64,000 nt of DNA from an uncultured SAR86 cluster bacterium (GTDB taxonomy: Bacteria; Pseudomonadota; Gammaproteobacteria; Magnimaribacterales; AG-339-G14): contig CABYXE010000003.1 in the NCBI GenBank assembly GCA_902522825.1, positions 2,212 to 66,211 of the forward strand, read 5' to 3'. Under the pieces are notes generated by a model. That model searched no databases and was not told the DNA's origin. It was given only the letters and a program-made list of their open reading frames with translations. The position numbers and the translations under genes were made by a program. Below, piece after piece: positions 50,139 to 60,245 of this stretch (position 1 is the stretch's first letter; every line of letters begins with the position of its first letter).

Positions 50139-51329
50139 ATGAAAAAGGTAATACTCGCTTATTCAGGTGGTTTGGATACTTCGGTAATTCTTAAGTGGCT
50201 TCAAGAGGAAAAAAATCTTGAAGTAATAACCTATACGGCTGATATGGGTCAAGGCGATATTCCAGATAATCTTGAAGAGAGAGCTAAAACTTTTGGTGCA
50301 TCCAAAGCCATAATTGACGATTTGTCTGAAGAATTTGTAAAAGACTACGTTTTTCCGATGTTTCGCTGTAACACCGTCTTTGAAGGAGAGTATCTTTTAG
50401 GAACTGCTATAGCAAGACCATTGATAGCAAAAAAATTAGTTGAAGCAGGCAAAAAAGAAGGGACAAATATTATCAGTCATGGTGCGACTGGAAAAGGGAA
50501 CGACCAAATAAGATTTGAAATTGGAGCTCAAGCTCTTAATAAGAATATAGAAGTGATAGCTCCATGGAGAGAATGGGAAATGACATCTAGAACAGATTTA
50601 ATGTCTTACTGTAAAAAGCATCAAATCCCTGTTTCAGATTCTAAAGCAGAAGAACCTCCTTTTTCTATGGATGAAAATCTTTTGCATATTTCATATGAAG
50701 GTGGAGTTCTTGAAGATCTTACTAAAGCACCGCCAGAAGATATGTGGCAAAACGTTAAGTCTATAGAAGAGGCAAGCGAATTACCTGAAGAGATTCAAAT
50801 AAGTTTTAGAGGGGGAGATCCTATTTCAATTAATGGAGAAGATCTTTCTCCTGCAAAAATTTTAAGAAAATTGAATGATTATGGATGCAAACATGGCATT
50901 GGAAGAATTGATATAGTTGAATCAAGGGCAACTGGGATGAAATCTAGAGGCTGTTACGAAACTCCTGGTGGTACTATTTTATTAAAGGCAAGAAGGGCAA
51001 TCGAATCATTGACTCTATCTGGAGAGTCCATAAAAACAAAAGACTCCTTAATTCCCATATACGCTGCATTGATTTACGAAGGATTATGGTGGAGTGACGA
51101 ACGTAGAAGATTGCAAACTTTAATCGATGAAAGTTCAAAAGTTGTGAATGGCACAGTAAGAATTAAATTATTTAAAGGAAATATAATTTATATTTCTAAA
51201 GAAAGTAATAATTCTCTTTACGATGAAAATAAATCGAGCTTTGAAGAAGAAGGAGGCTTTAGTAATGAGGATATGAAAAAATATATAAGAGAAAATATTT
51301 TGAGATATAGCGAAATTAACTCAGACTAA
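50139..51329 (+). CDS. argG: argininosuccinate synthase
   Basis: AYSGGLDTS, HGATGKGNDQIRFE, GRIDIVE.R..G.KSRG. Confidence 0.92.
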   Translation: MKKVILAYSGGLDTSVILKWLQEEKNLEVITYTADMGQGDIPDNLEERAKTFGASKAIIDDLSEEFVKDYVFPMFRCNTVFEGEYLLGTAIARPLIAKKLVEAGKKEGTNIISHGATGKGNDQIRFEIGAQALNKNIEVIAPWREWEMTSRTDLMSYCKKHQIPVSDSKAEEPPFSMDENLLHISYEGGVLEDLTKAPPEDMWQNVKSIEEASELPEEIQISFRGGDPISINGEDLSPAKILRKLNDYGCKHGIGRIDIVESRATGMKSRGCYETPGGTILLKARRAIESLTLSGESIKTKDSLIPIYAALIYEGLWWSDERRRLQTLIDESSKVVNGTVRIKLFKGNIIYISKESNNSLYDENKSSFEEEGGFSNEDMKKYIRENILRYSEINSD

Positions 51330-51488
51330 ATTAGTATTAAAAAAAACAATTCCTAACAATAAAAAAGTAATCAAAATCCATAAAAAATTAAATATTTTTG
51401 TATCTATATTTTTAAAGAGATAACGAATAAATACCGTCAATCCGTAAGCTATAAAAATCGTTAAAAGAAAAAAAATAATCCTTATCAT
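51321..51488 (-). CDS. candidate 55-aa two-TM membrane peptide downstream of fabD
   Basis: Below ORF-track cutoff. ATG is 4 nt after the fabD stop. Translation MIRIIFFLLTIFIAYGLTVFIRYLFKNIDTKIFNFLWILITFLLLGIVFFNTNLV. A 55-codon open frame is non-trivial in such AT-rich DNA. Confidence 0.35.
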   Translation of the reverse strand: MIRIIFFLLTIFIAYGLTVFIRYLFKNIDTKIFNFLWILITFLLLGIVFFNTNLV

Positions 51489-51492
51489 GTTA

Positions 51493-52389
51493 TTAAAGTT
51501 CAGAGATACTTAGTTTTTCAATATTTTTTAATTTCCTAGCCATACTAATAATAGTTTTTTCTGGTCCAGCATCATAAATTACTTTTAAATTATTATTTAC
51601 CAAATAAATTAATGATTCTCTCCACCTAACTGTACTGCACAATTGATTTATTAAAGCCTTTTTTATTTCTTTTACATCCTGAGTTGGCTTAGCTAAAGAA
51701 TTTGGAATTAAAGGAATTGATGGTGTAAAAAATCTCACGTCATTTAAAATTTTTCCTAATTCTTCTTGAGCACTTTCTAATAGAGAGCAATGAGAGGGAA
51801 CTGACATTTGTATTAATTGAGTTTTCACTCGTTTAAAATCATTAACCTCTATATATTTAATAGTCGCATCTATAGCAGAGTTAGTTCCTGCTAGTACAGA
51901 AACTCCTTCAGCATTATCAGTAGAGAAATCAATTTTTTCTCCTCTTTCATTTAGTTGTTTAATCATCAACTGAACATCAGGTATAGGCATATTTAAAATA
52001 ACCAGCATACCTGCTGTTCCTTGCGGGACAGCACTTTGCATCAATTTTCCTCTTAAATGAACAAGTTTTATTGCGTCTTTAAATTCTAGACAATCCGCAT
52101 AAACCAAAGCTGAATACTCTCCAAGAGATAATCCAGCTGTAATAGTGGCATCAAAATGAGCAGCTTTAGTTCTAGCTATTGCGATACTTGTTGCAAGAAT
52201 CGCAGGCTGCGCATATTCAGTTAGATTCAGTTTTTCTTCTGGTCCAGATCTAATTAATTCAAATAAATCAAAATCCAAGACTTCAGAAGTTTGAAAAAAT
52301 AAATCTTTAATTTCAGGGTTTGATTCTATGAGAAAGTCAATCATCCCTACTTTTTGAACACCTTGCCCGGGAAAAAGAACTGCTTTCAT
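51493..52389 (-). CDS. fabD: ACP S-malonyltransferase (atypical GLSLGE elbow, outside a fab cluster)
   Basis: FPGQGVQ, AGLSLGEYSAL, LRGKLMQ, VPSHCSL are collinear with E. coli FabD. Confidence 0.7.
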   Translation of the reverse strand: MKAVLFPGQGVQKVGMIDFLIESNPEIKDLFFQTSEVLDFDLFELIRSGPEEKLNLTEYAQPAILATSIAIARTKAAHFDATITAGLSLGEYSALVYADCLEFKDAIKLVHLRGKLMQSAVPQGTAGMLVILNMPIPDVQLMIKQLNERGEKIDFSTDNAEGVSVLAGTNSAIDATIKYIEVNDFKRVKTQLIQMSVPSHCSLLESAQEELGKILNDVRFFTPSIPLIPNSLAKPTQDVKEIKKALINQLCSTVRWRESLIYLVNNNLKVIYDAGPEKTIISMARKLKNIEKLSISEL

Positions 52390-52396
52390 GATTAAA

Positions 52397-53425
52397 TTAT
52401 TTATTAACTTTTAACTTTTCTTGCAATCCCTTATTAGAAGTTGTGTAACCAAAAGGGACTCTTTCGCCTGGATTTATTCTTTTAAATGCTTCTTGGACAG
52501 CAAGTGTAGTCTCGTGAAAACCACATAAAATTAAATCTAGTTTTCCTGGATATTGATTTATATCCCCAACTGCAAAAATTCCAGCATGGTCTGTTTCATA
52601 ATTTTCTGTGTTCACTAAAATTTTATTATTTTCCAAGGCCACTCCCCAGTCATGTATTGGCCCTAACTGTTTATTTAATCCAAAAAAGAATAGAGACTCA
52701 TCACATTGTATAGTTTCAATTTCCTTAGATTCAAAATGCATTAAATCAACTCCAGAAAAACTTTCTTCACCATTAATATCTTTTATAACATAAGGTACTT
52801 TCAAAATAATCTTTCCTTCAGCAACTAAAGATCTCATTTTTTTCTCTGTGTGTTGAGCGCCCCTAAATTCATCTCTCCTATGAATCAAATAGATTTTTTT
52901 TGCAATATTAGCTAATTCAACAGACCAATCTAGCGCGCTATCGCCACCCCCAAAAATAGCAATCTCTTTATCTTTATAAATTGATTTGTCTCTGACTGAA
53001 TAGTTAGCACCATTTCCTAAAAATTTATCAGGATTCATAACTGGCGGTTTTCTTGGCTCAAATGAACCAGCTCCAGCAGCAATAAAAATATTTTTAGTTT
53101 TAAATTCCTGACCTTCACTTGTGATCAATTTCCAGGAATCTTCTATTTTAGATATTTCGTTAACTCTTTGATTTAGGTGAACTTCATAATCAAATGGTTT
53201 AATTTGTTCCAAAAGGGCATCTATATGTTCTTTTCCTGTTTGAGACGCAACTCCAGGGATATCATAAATTGGCTTTTCAGGATAAAGCTCAATACATTGT
53301 CCTCCAACTTTGTCTAAGTTATCTATTAAATGACAGTTAAGTCCTAATAAACCAGCTTCAAAAACAGTGAAGAGACCGACAGGACCTGCTCCAATTACTA
53401 CAATATCAGTTTCAATTATTTTCAT
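52397..53425 (-). CDS. thioredoxin-reductase-like ferredoxin-NADP(+) reductase
   Basis: VIGAGPVGLF, GGGDSALDW, HRRDEFR, GDINQYPGK (no CxxC) as in the YumC/TRLF-type FNR. Confidence 0.7.
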   Translation of the reverse strand: MKIIETDIVVIGAGPVGLFTVFEAGLLGLNCHLIDNLDKVGGQCIELYPEKPIYDIPGVASQTGKEHIDALLEQIKPFDYEVHLNQRVNEISKIEDSWKLITSEGQEFKTKNIFIAAGAGSFEPRKPPVMNPDKFLGNGANYSVRDKSIYKDKEIAIFGGGDSALDWSVELANIAKKIYLIHRRDEFRGAQHTEKKMRSLVAEGKIILKVPYVIKDINGEESFSGVDLMHFESKEIETIQCDESLFFFGLNKQLGPIHDWGVALENNKILVNTENYETDHAGIFAVGDINQYPGKLDLILCGFHETTLAVQEAFKRINPGERVPFGYTTSNKGLQEKLKVNK

Positions 53426-53441
53426 ATTCTTTATTTAAATT

Positions 53442-53774
53442 TTAAGTTACTTTCATTCCGGGTTTTGAGCCATTATCAGGAGAAACTATAAAAACTCCAG
53501 AATCTTCAGTGCTAGCTGCTAAAATCATCCCTTCAGATAAGCCAAATCTCATTTTTCTAGGTTTTAAATTTGCAACACATATTACAAGCTTTCCAACTAA
53601 ATCAGCAGGATCATAATATTTTTTTATTCCAGCGAACACTTGTTTTTTTCCTAAACGCCCTAAATCTAAATTTAGTTTAATAAGCTTATCTGCTTCCTCG
53701 ACCGCTTCTGCAGATTCTACTTGAGCAACTCTTAAATTAATTTTTAGAAAATCGTCAATTTCTATTTCATCCAT
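53442..53774 (-). CDS. stand-alone MetRS C-terminal tRNA-binding domain (Trbp111/EMAPII-like; 'MetRS beta')
   Basis: [11 protein letters not shown]...[12 protein letters not shown]...[21 protein letters not shown]...PGMKV aligns end to end with the C-terminal domain of E. coli MetRS. 8-nt overlap with metG. Confidence 0.8.
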   Translation of the reverse strand: MDEIEIDDFLKINLRVAQVESAEAVEEADKLIKLNLDLGRLGKKQVFAGIKKYYDPADLVGKLVICVANLKPRKMRFGLSEGMILAASTEDSGVFIVSPDNGSKPGMKVT

Positions 53775-55392
53775 TTTTACTCACTTTCATAAGCTCTTCT
53801 ATCTCACTATCTTCAATCCTTGTAATCAAAGGTTTAAAAGTATTTATTTCTCTATTTTTTAAAAAACTAGAAATATCTTCAATATTATCTTGGCATTTTA
53901 AATATTTTTTTATCTGACTTGAAGTTTTTGGAATAACTGGCTCTAAGTATAGATTTAAAATTCTAAAAAGATTAATAGCAGTGGAGGCAATTGAATGAAC
54001 CTTGTCGCTGTTAGCACTTTCCTTATTAAGCACCCATGGTTTGTTGGAATCAATATATTGATTAGCCATATCCGCTAAAGACATTATTTCTTTGATGGCT
54101 TTTGAATAATTTCTTTCAATATATAAATCGAAAATTACTTTATCTTTATCTATAAATTTCTTTAATAACTCTTCATCTAAATTAGAAGATAAAATATTAT
54201 TAAATTGTTTTAAAAAACCTTGGCTTCTACTTGCTATATTTACAAACTTTCCAACCAAGTCTGTATTAACCTTTTTTTGAAAATCCAGTAGGTCTAAATC
54301 TAAGTCATCTACTCCACAAGATAATTTCGAAGCAAGAAAATATCGCATATAGTCAGGATTTAAAATATTTAAATAATCATCAATAAGAAGAAAGTTTTGC
54401 TTTGATTTAGACATCTTTTTTCCATTCAAGGTCATGAATCCATGAACAAAAACATTTGAAGGTTTTTTAAAATTAGCAGCGTCTAAAAGAGCGGGCCAAA
54501 ATAATGTATGAAAATTCATAATATCTTTCCCGATAAAATGATAAATATCAGAATCATTCCATAGATTTTCAGCAGATTTTGAAGAATTTTTAGATAAATA
54601 ATTTTCAAGAGTTGCAATATATCCAATAGGGGCATCAAGCCATACGTAAAAATATTTTTTTGGATAACCAGGAATTGGAAAGCCAAAATAAGGCTCATCT
54701 CTGCTTATATCCCATGGTTTTAATCCTTCTTTGAACCATTCTTTTAACTTATTTTTTACTGCATCCTGAAGATCAGTACCGTTAATCCAATCTAGAATTT
54801 TTTCTTTCTGTTTAGATAAGTCAAAAAATAAATGTTCACTTTGTTTAATAGAAGGGGTCTCACCGCTAAATATTGAAATAGGGTTAATTAAATCTGTGGC
54901 TTCATATTTAGCCCCACATTTCTCACAATTATCTCCGTATTGGTCCTTAGCTCTACAAGATGGACATGTTCCTTGAACATATCTATCAGCTAAAAATAAA
55001 CCTTTAACTTCGTCATAAAATTGCTCAATTGTCTTTATTTCAACTAAATTTTTATCTTTTGATCTCTGAAAGATTAATTCGCTATATTTTTTATTTTCTT
55101 CACTATGTGTTGTGAAATAATTATCATGATCAATAAAAAAACTTCTTAAAGTTTTTTCATGCTCACTTGTAATTTTGTTAACCAGATCTTCGGGTTTTAA
55201 TTTTTCTGATTCAGCTTTCATCATTACTGGCGTTCCGTGAGCATCGCTAGCACACAAATAAATACAATCTTTCTTCAATAATTTATTTGTTCTAACCCAT
55301 ATATCCGTTTGAACATGTTCTAATAAATGGCCAAAATGGAGTGGTCCGTTAGCATAAGGCAATGCAGAAGTTATTATTAATTGTTTAGACAT
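53767..55392 (-). CDS. metG: methionine--tRNA ligase, catalytic core plus anticodon-binding domain only
   Basis: HIGH-type ANGPLHFGH, zinc knuckle CPSC...CEKCG, KMSKS. Ends in the linker ([11 protein letters not shown]). Confidence 0.9.
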   Translation of the reverse strand: MSKQLIITSALPYANGPLHFGHLLEHVQTDIWVRTNKLLKKDCIYLCASDAHGTPVMMKAESEKLKPEDLVNKITSEHEKTLRSFFIDHDNYFTTHSEENKKYSELIFQRSKDKNLVEIKTIEQFYDEVKGLFLADRYVQGTCPSCRAKDQYGDNCEKCGAKYEATDLINPISIFSGETPSIKQSEHLFFDLSKQKEKILDWINGTDLQDAVKNKLKEWFKEGLKPWDISRDEPYFGFPIPGYPKKYFYVWLDAPIGYIATLENYLSKNSSKSAENLWNDSDIYHFIGKDIMNFHTLFWPALLDAANFKKPSNVFVHGFMTLNGKKMSKSKQNFLLIDDYLNILNPDYMRYFLASKLSCGVDDLDLDLLDFQKKVNTDLVGKFVNIASRSQGFLKQFNNILSSNLDEELLKKFIDKDKVIFDLYIERNYSKAIKEIMSLADMANQYIDSNKPWVLNKESANSDKVHSIASTAINLFRILNLYLEPVIPKTSSQIKKYLKCQDNIEDISSFLKNREINTFKPLITRIEDSEIEELMKVSKNG

Positions 55393-55431
55393 GTTATAAA
55401 TGAGTATTGTAATGGAAAAAAAACAAATATC

Positions 55432-56130
55432 ATGAAACGTTTATTTTTATTGCTGGTTTTACTTATTGCCCAATTTTCTTTTTCAAGCGAAGGAGAAGTT
55501 GACTCTGACCCATGGGAAAATTTAAACAGGAAGACGCATTCTTTCAATATGTCTTTAGATGATTGGTTAATTAGACCAATAGCCGAAACGTATGATTTTA
55601 TAATTCCAGATTTTGTTCAAACTGGCTTTTCTAATGTTTTTGATAATTTAGGAACACCTGTTTCCGCTGCTAATAATCTTATCCAATTTAAACCAGTAGG
55701 GTTTATTTCAGAAACATCTCGTTTTATTCTAAATACAACTTTTGGTATTTTTGGTCTATTTGACGTTGCTTCTAGACTAGGAATACAAGAAAGAAGTGAA
55801 GATTTTGGGCAATCTTTAGGGTATTGGGGCTTGAAGGGAGGTCCTTACATAGTCATTCCATTTTTTGGACCTTCTTCAGTAAGAGATGGCTTTTCTTTAG
55901 CTCCTGATTATTATTTAAGGCCTGACTTAGTTAGATTTGAAGATAACAAGGCAGATTTAGGGCTAAATGGATTATCTTTAGTAAATCTTAGAGCAGGACT
56001 ATTAGGCATCTCAGATTTAAGTGGAAATGATCAATATAGCTTTTATAGAGATGCTTTTTTACAAAGAAGAGACTACGAAATAAATGATGGAAAAATAGAC
56101 GAATTTTTATTTGAAGACGAATTTGATTAA
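55432..56130 (+). CDS. mlaA: MlaA/VacJ-family outer-membrane lipid-asymmetry protein (no lipobox Cys)
   Basis: DPWENLNRKTHSFN, FILNTTFGIFGLFDVA, GPYIVIPFFGPSSVRD are collinear with E. coli MlaA. Start placed at the MKRLFLLLVLL signal peptide. Confidence 0.75.
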   Translation: MKRLFLLLVLLIAQFSFSSEGEVDSDPWENLNRKTHSFNMSLDDWLIRPIAETYDFIIPDFVQTGFSNVFDNLGTPVSAANNLIQFKPVGFISETSRFILNTTFGIFGLFDVASRLGIQERSEDFGQSLGYWGLKGGPYIVIPFFGPSSVRDGFSLAPDYYLRPDLVRFEDNKADLGLNGLSLVNLRAGLLGISDLSGNDQYSFYRDAFLQRRDYEINDGKIDEFLFEDEFD

Positions 56131-57377
56131 TCTATAAAAGAGCCATAAACCATTGTTGCCATTTGGGGTCGAAGAGGGAAGGCATCACTTGGAATAAATT
56201 GTGTCATAAAAATAGCTAATAAATCTTCCTTAGGATCTATCCAAAAATAAGTACTAGCCATACCACCCCAATTATAACTCCCTTTGCTTAATGGGCTTTG
56301 ACTCGCAGCTGGGTCGGTAGTTACTGCCATGCTTAAGCCATAGCCCATACCGTTGTATCTTACTTCACTAAAACTTCCGCTAGAGCCCATATCCGCCATC
56401 GTATTATTGTCTGGTAAATGATTCAAAGTCATTAACTCAATAGTTTTTCTTGATAAAATTCTTTCTCCATCAAGCTCACCTCCATTAAGAAGCATTTGAA
56501 GAAATCTATAATATTCTTTGGCATTACTAATTAAACCGCTTCCTCCGCCATTGAAGTCTCTAGGAGCAGAATATCTACTTTTAGCATCACCAGGATCATG
56601 AATAGTTATTTTTTTATTCTCATCTCGATGGTAGCAGACTGCCAAATCTTTAAGATCGTCTTCTTTTACATAAAAACTTGTTTTTTCCATTTTTAAAGGC
56701 TTAAAAATGTGATCACTGAAATATTTATCTATTTTTTTTCCTGAAATCACCTCAACCAATCTTGCACAAATATCAATCGACACACTATAAAGCCATTGAT
56801 CGCCAGGACTGAATTCTAATGGGAGGGAAGCGACTCGTTTTGAAAATTCTTCTAAATTTACTTTTTCTTTCGATACTAATGACGCAGTTGGATCAGAGAT
56901 TTTAAATATTTTTCTATAAGCATCATCGACATGAGATCTATAATTAATACTGTAACTTAAACCAGATGTATGAGTTAACAAATCACGGATAACCATAGGC
57001 CTTTTAACAGGCTCAGTCATAAATACTGGATATGAACCAGAAACATATACTTCTTGATTATTAAATTCAGGTAGAAACTTAGATACTGGATCAGATAATT
57101 GAAAAGAGCCTTTTTCATAAAGTTGCATTAAAGCAACTCCAGTTACTGGTTTTGTCATGGAATATATCCTAAACAAAGTATTTTCATCGACGGGCAGATT
57201 GTTTTCTATGTCTCTTTTGCCTTGAGAGTGAAAATGAACAATTGAGCCTTTTCTCGCGACTAATGTTTGAGTCCCAGACAATTTATTAGGACCTATATAT
57301 CTTTCCATTAGCATTTTATCAAAGTCTTTTAAGCGCTCTGAAGAAAGTCCAACTAATTCAGGTTTTTCTATTTTCAT
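56127..57377 (-). CDS. serine hydrolase of the beta-lactamase/EstB (class C-like) family
   Basis: S-x-x-K in IYSMTKPVTG, Y-S-V second motif, C-terminal WGGMASTYFWIDP. Confidence 0.7.
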   Translation of the reverse strand: MKIEKPELVGLSSERLKDFDKMLMERYIGPNKLSGTQTLVARKGSIVHFHSQGKRDIENNLPVDENTLFRIYSMTKPVTGVALMQLYEKGSFQLSDPVSKFLPEFNNQEVYVSGSYPVFMTEPVKRPMVIRDLLTHTSGLSYSINYRSHVDDAYRKIFKISDPTASLVSKEKVNLEEFSKRVASLPLEFSPGDQWLYSVSIDICARLVEVISGKKIDKYFSDHIFKPLKMEKTSFYVKEDDLKDLAVCYHRDENKKITIHDPGDAKSRYSAPRDFNGGGSGLISNAKEYYRFLQMLLNGGELDGERILSRKTIELMTLNHLPDNNTMADMGSSGSFSEVRYNGMGYGLSMAVTTDPAASQSPLSKGSYNWGGMASTYFWIDPKEDLLAIFMTQFIPSDAFPLRPQMATMVYGSFID

Positions 57378-57816
57378 ATTCTTCTCTCGCTAATTGTTTT
57401 GACTCGATAAAATCTGGATGGGAAATATAGATTAAATCTGAGACTTTTCTTATTACATATTCTTCATACTTATCTATATTTCCATCTGCAAAAGCAATTT
57501 TCCACATAGAAAGGATCAAATTCTTTTTATCTTCGAATTTGTAATCATCGTTAATTTTTCTTGTAAATTCATAAAGAGAGGTTGATGAGTTTTGATTCTT
57601 TTTTGCATTAGATATTAAATCATCTATTTTTGTTTTATCTACATCAAATTCTTTCAGCAAAACATCTTTTAATGTTTCAACTTCACTTATATCCATAATT
57701 TCGTCTGCTAAGCTAACCTCAAGCAATAATGCGATAGCTGAAAGTAAAACTGAATTATCTTCTACCAAAACTTCTATCTGATTTTTTTTAAAAAGATTGT
57801 TAAAGAATTTCTTCAT
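57358..57816 (-). CDS. TerB-family (tellurite-resistance/DjlA-N-like) protein
   Basis: About 150 aa all-helical, LLEVSLADEIMDISE...AFADGNIDKYEEYVIRKV, typical TerB duplicated motif. Confidence 0.5.
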   Translation of the reverse strand: MKKFFNNLFKKNQIEVLVEDNSVLLSAIALLLEVSLADEIMDISEVETLKDVLLKEFDVDKTKIDDLISNAKKNQNSSTSLYEFTRKINDDYKFEDKKNLILSMWKIAFADGNIDKYEEYVIRKVSDLIYISHPDFIESKQLAREEYENRKT

Positions 57817-58778
57817 GCTGCATTTTTATAATTATCGTTAATTAAATCAATGATCTCATTTTTTGCTGGTTTAAAAAAGGATGAGTTAGATAATAAAATC
57901 CTTATTTTTCTCGCATTTTTTAAACCATTATAGAGACCATGCATATGAATTAAGCCTCTTTTTATTTCATTTTTTTTATCTAAAGTTTCAAAATAATCAA
58001 ACATATTTTTTGTAATAGAAATAAGAGAATTATTTTTATCATTTTTTTTATAAAATATTGAGTCAACATTTTCTAATTTTTTTGGATAAGAATAAGCTTC
58101 TCTTCCAATCATAATTCCGTCTAAAGTTGAGAAATTATCTTTTTCTTTGTAGTAATCTTTGATACCGCCATTAACAATAATCTCTAAATCATTAAAATCT
58201 TCCTTTAATTTCATTACTCTTGAATAATTTAATGGAGGAATTTCTCTATTATCCTTTGGACTTAATTTATCAAGCAATGCTTTTCTTGCATGAACATAAA
58301 AAACTTTTATTCCAGTGGAGGAAACTTCTGAAACAAATCTATCAAGACTTTCATTAATATCAAGATCATCAATTCCCAACCTAATTTTTACAGATATTGG
58401 TTTAGAAGAAGCTTCTTGCATTGCTATTAAGCAATCTTTTACAAGATCAGGCTGTTTCATCAGAGCCGCACCAAAATTTCCACTTTTAACCTTGGAACTT
58501 GGGCAGCCAAGATTAAGATTTATCTCATCATAATTTAAGTTATTAGCCATCAAACAAACTTTTGAGAGAGAAATTGGATCATTTCCGCCTAATTGTAAAA
58601 CTATAGGGTTTTCTATTTCTGAATATTCTAAAAGTTTATTTTGATTTCCAAAAAGGATTGAATTTGTATGAATCATTTCAGTAAAAAGAATGGATTTTTT
58701 AGTAAGTTGTCTAACCAGAAATCTAAACTGTTTATCTGTCTTTGCCATCATTGGAGCAATGCAAAAGGATCTATCCAT
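57813..58778 (-). CDS. dusA: tRNA dihydrouridine(20/20a) synthase
   Basis: IAPM...TD..FR, LQLGGNDP, DEINLNLGCPS, SPKDNREIPPLNY are collinear with E. coli DusA. Confidence 0.85.
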   Translation of the reverse strand: MDRSFCIAPMMAKTDKQFRFLVRQLTKKSILFTEMIHTNSILFGNQNKLLEYSEIENPIVLQLGGNDPISLSKVCLMANNLNYDEINLNLGCPSSKVKSGNFGAALMKQPDLVKDCLIAMQEASSKPISVKIRLGIDDLDINESLDRFVSEVSSTGIKVFYVHARKALLDKLSPKDNREIPPLNYSRVMKLKEDFNDLEIIVNGGIKDYYKEKDNFSTLDGIMIGREAYSYPKKLENVDSIFYKKNDKNNSLISITKNMFDYFETLDKKNEIKRGLIHMHGLYNGLKNARKIRILLSNSSFFKPAKNEIIDLINDNYKNAA

Positions 58779-58781
58779 GAT

Positions 58782-60233
58782 TTATAAGAAATATATTACT
58801 GAAAGTAATCCCACAATAGTTAGAACTATAGTGTAAGGCAGAGCCATATAAACCATCCTAAAATAAGAAAGTCCTATCAATGGTGCAATAGAAGAGGTTA
58901 ATAAAAATAAAAAAGCAGCTTGTCCATTTGGTGTAGCAACACTTGGTAAATTTGTTCCTGTATTAATAGCTATTGCTAAAAGATCAAATTGCTCTCTAGT
59001 TATCAGTCCAGTATCTAAGGCCTCTTTTACTTCGCTTATATAAATTGTTGCAACAAAAACATTGTCACTAATCATCGATAGAATTCCATTTGCTAAGAAA
59101 AACATTGGTACTTGTAAGTCAAAGTTTAGAGATAAAACATAGCCAATAACTGGCGAGAATAAATGCTGATCATGGATGACAGCAACAATCACAAAGAAAA
59201 CTACTAATAATGAAGTAAAAGGTAATGCTTCTTCAAAAGCTTTTCCCAATTTATGTTCTTCTATAATTCCATTGAAGGCAGTTAATAAGACAATAACCAT
59301 CAAACCTATCAAGCCAACGGATGCAACATTAATGGCTAGAGATAAAATTAATATAATGACTACTGCTAATTGAACAAATAATTTAGCTTTATCATTTGAG
59401 GTTCTTTTTTTATCTTCTTCAATACCGAAGTCTTCAATAATTAATCTGACATCTTCAGTGAGTTCAGCTCCGTATCCAAATAATTTAAATCTTTCAATAA
59501 AATAACAAGTAAATAGACCAAAAATAAAAACCGGAAGAGATATAGGCAGCATCTGATTAAAAAATTCTAAGAAGTTCCAACCAGCTATTGAGCCAATTAA
59601 TAAATTTTGAGGTTCTCCAACTATTGTACTTACTCCTCCTAAGGCTGTTCCAACCGCTCCATGCATTAACAAGTTTCTTAAAAAAGATTTAAACTCTTCT
59701 AAATCATGCTCAGATTTTTTAGCTTCTTGGAATACAGCATAGAAACCAACGGCAACGGCTATTAAAACAGCAGTTACAGTTAAAGCATCTAAAAATGCTG
59801 ACAGCACGGCTGCACTGATAACAAATAACACTGATAAAGTTCTTTTATTTTTAATATTTACTAATAATTTAGTGAAGATAAAAAGGAGAAAATCTTTCAT
59901 AAAATATATACCAGCAACCATAAAAACTAAAAGTAAAATAACTTTTAAATTCAAAGCGACTTCGTGATAAATATTTTTTGTATTTGTAAGCCCCATGAGC
60001 ACAGATTCTATTGCTATTAATCCTCCCGGCTGAAGAGGGTAACAATTTAAGGCCATTGCGAGAGTGAGTATAAATTGAGCTAGAATGATCCAACCCATTA
60101 TAAATCCTGCTTCTAAACCAATATTTATTAAAAAGATGTATATTAAGGGATTAGATACTAGAAAAATAATAATTAGATTTTTGTACCATTCGGGAGCTTC
60201 TCCTAGAAAATTTTTATAAAAGTTTAAAATCAT
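58782..60233 (-). CDS. nhaB: Na+/H+ antiporter NhaB
   Basis: [47 protein letters not shown] match the remembered E. coli NhaB N-terminal half almost motif for motif. Confidence 0.85.
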   Translation of the reverse strand: MILNFYKNFLGEAPEWYKNLIIIFLVSNPLIYIFLINIGLEAGFIMGWIILAQFILTLAMALNCYPLQPGGLIAIESVLMGLTNTKNIYHEVALNLKVILLLVFMVAGIYFMKDFLLFIFTKLLVNIKNKRTLSVLFVISAAVLSAFLDALTVTAVLIAVAVGFYAVFQEAKKSEHDLEEFKSFLRNLLMHGAVGTALGGVSTIVGEPQNLLIGSIAGWNFLEFFNQMLPISLPVFIFGLFTCYFIERFKLFGYGAELTEDVRLIIEDFGIEEDKKRTSNDKAKLFVQLAVVIILILSLAINVASVGLIGLMVIVLLTAFNGIIEEHKLGKAFEEALPFTSLLVVFFVIVAVIHDQHLFSPVIGYVLSLNFDLQVPMFFLANGILSMISDNVFVATIYISEVKEALDTGLITREQFDLLAIAINTGTNLPSVATPNGQAAFLFLLTSSIAPLIGLSYFRMVYMALPYTIVLTIVGLLSVIYFL

Positions 60234-60245
60234 GGAATTAATATT

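Noticed and set aside
57813-58782. The dusA 5' end as a known integration hotspot for genomic islands
   Set aside because: dusA is intact and is followed 3 nt later by the nhaB stop. There is no integrase, no direct repeat of the dusA 5' end, and no inserted DNA.
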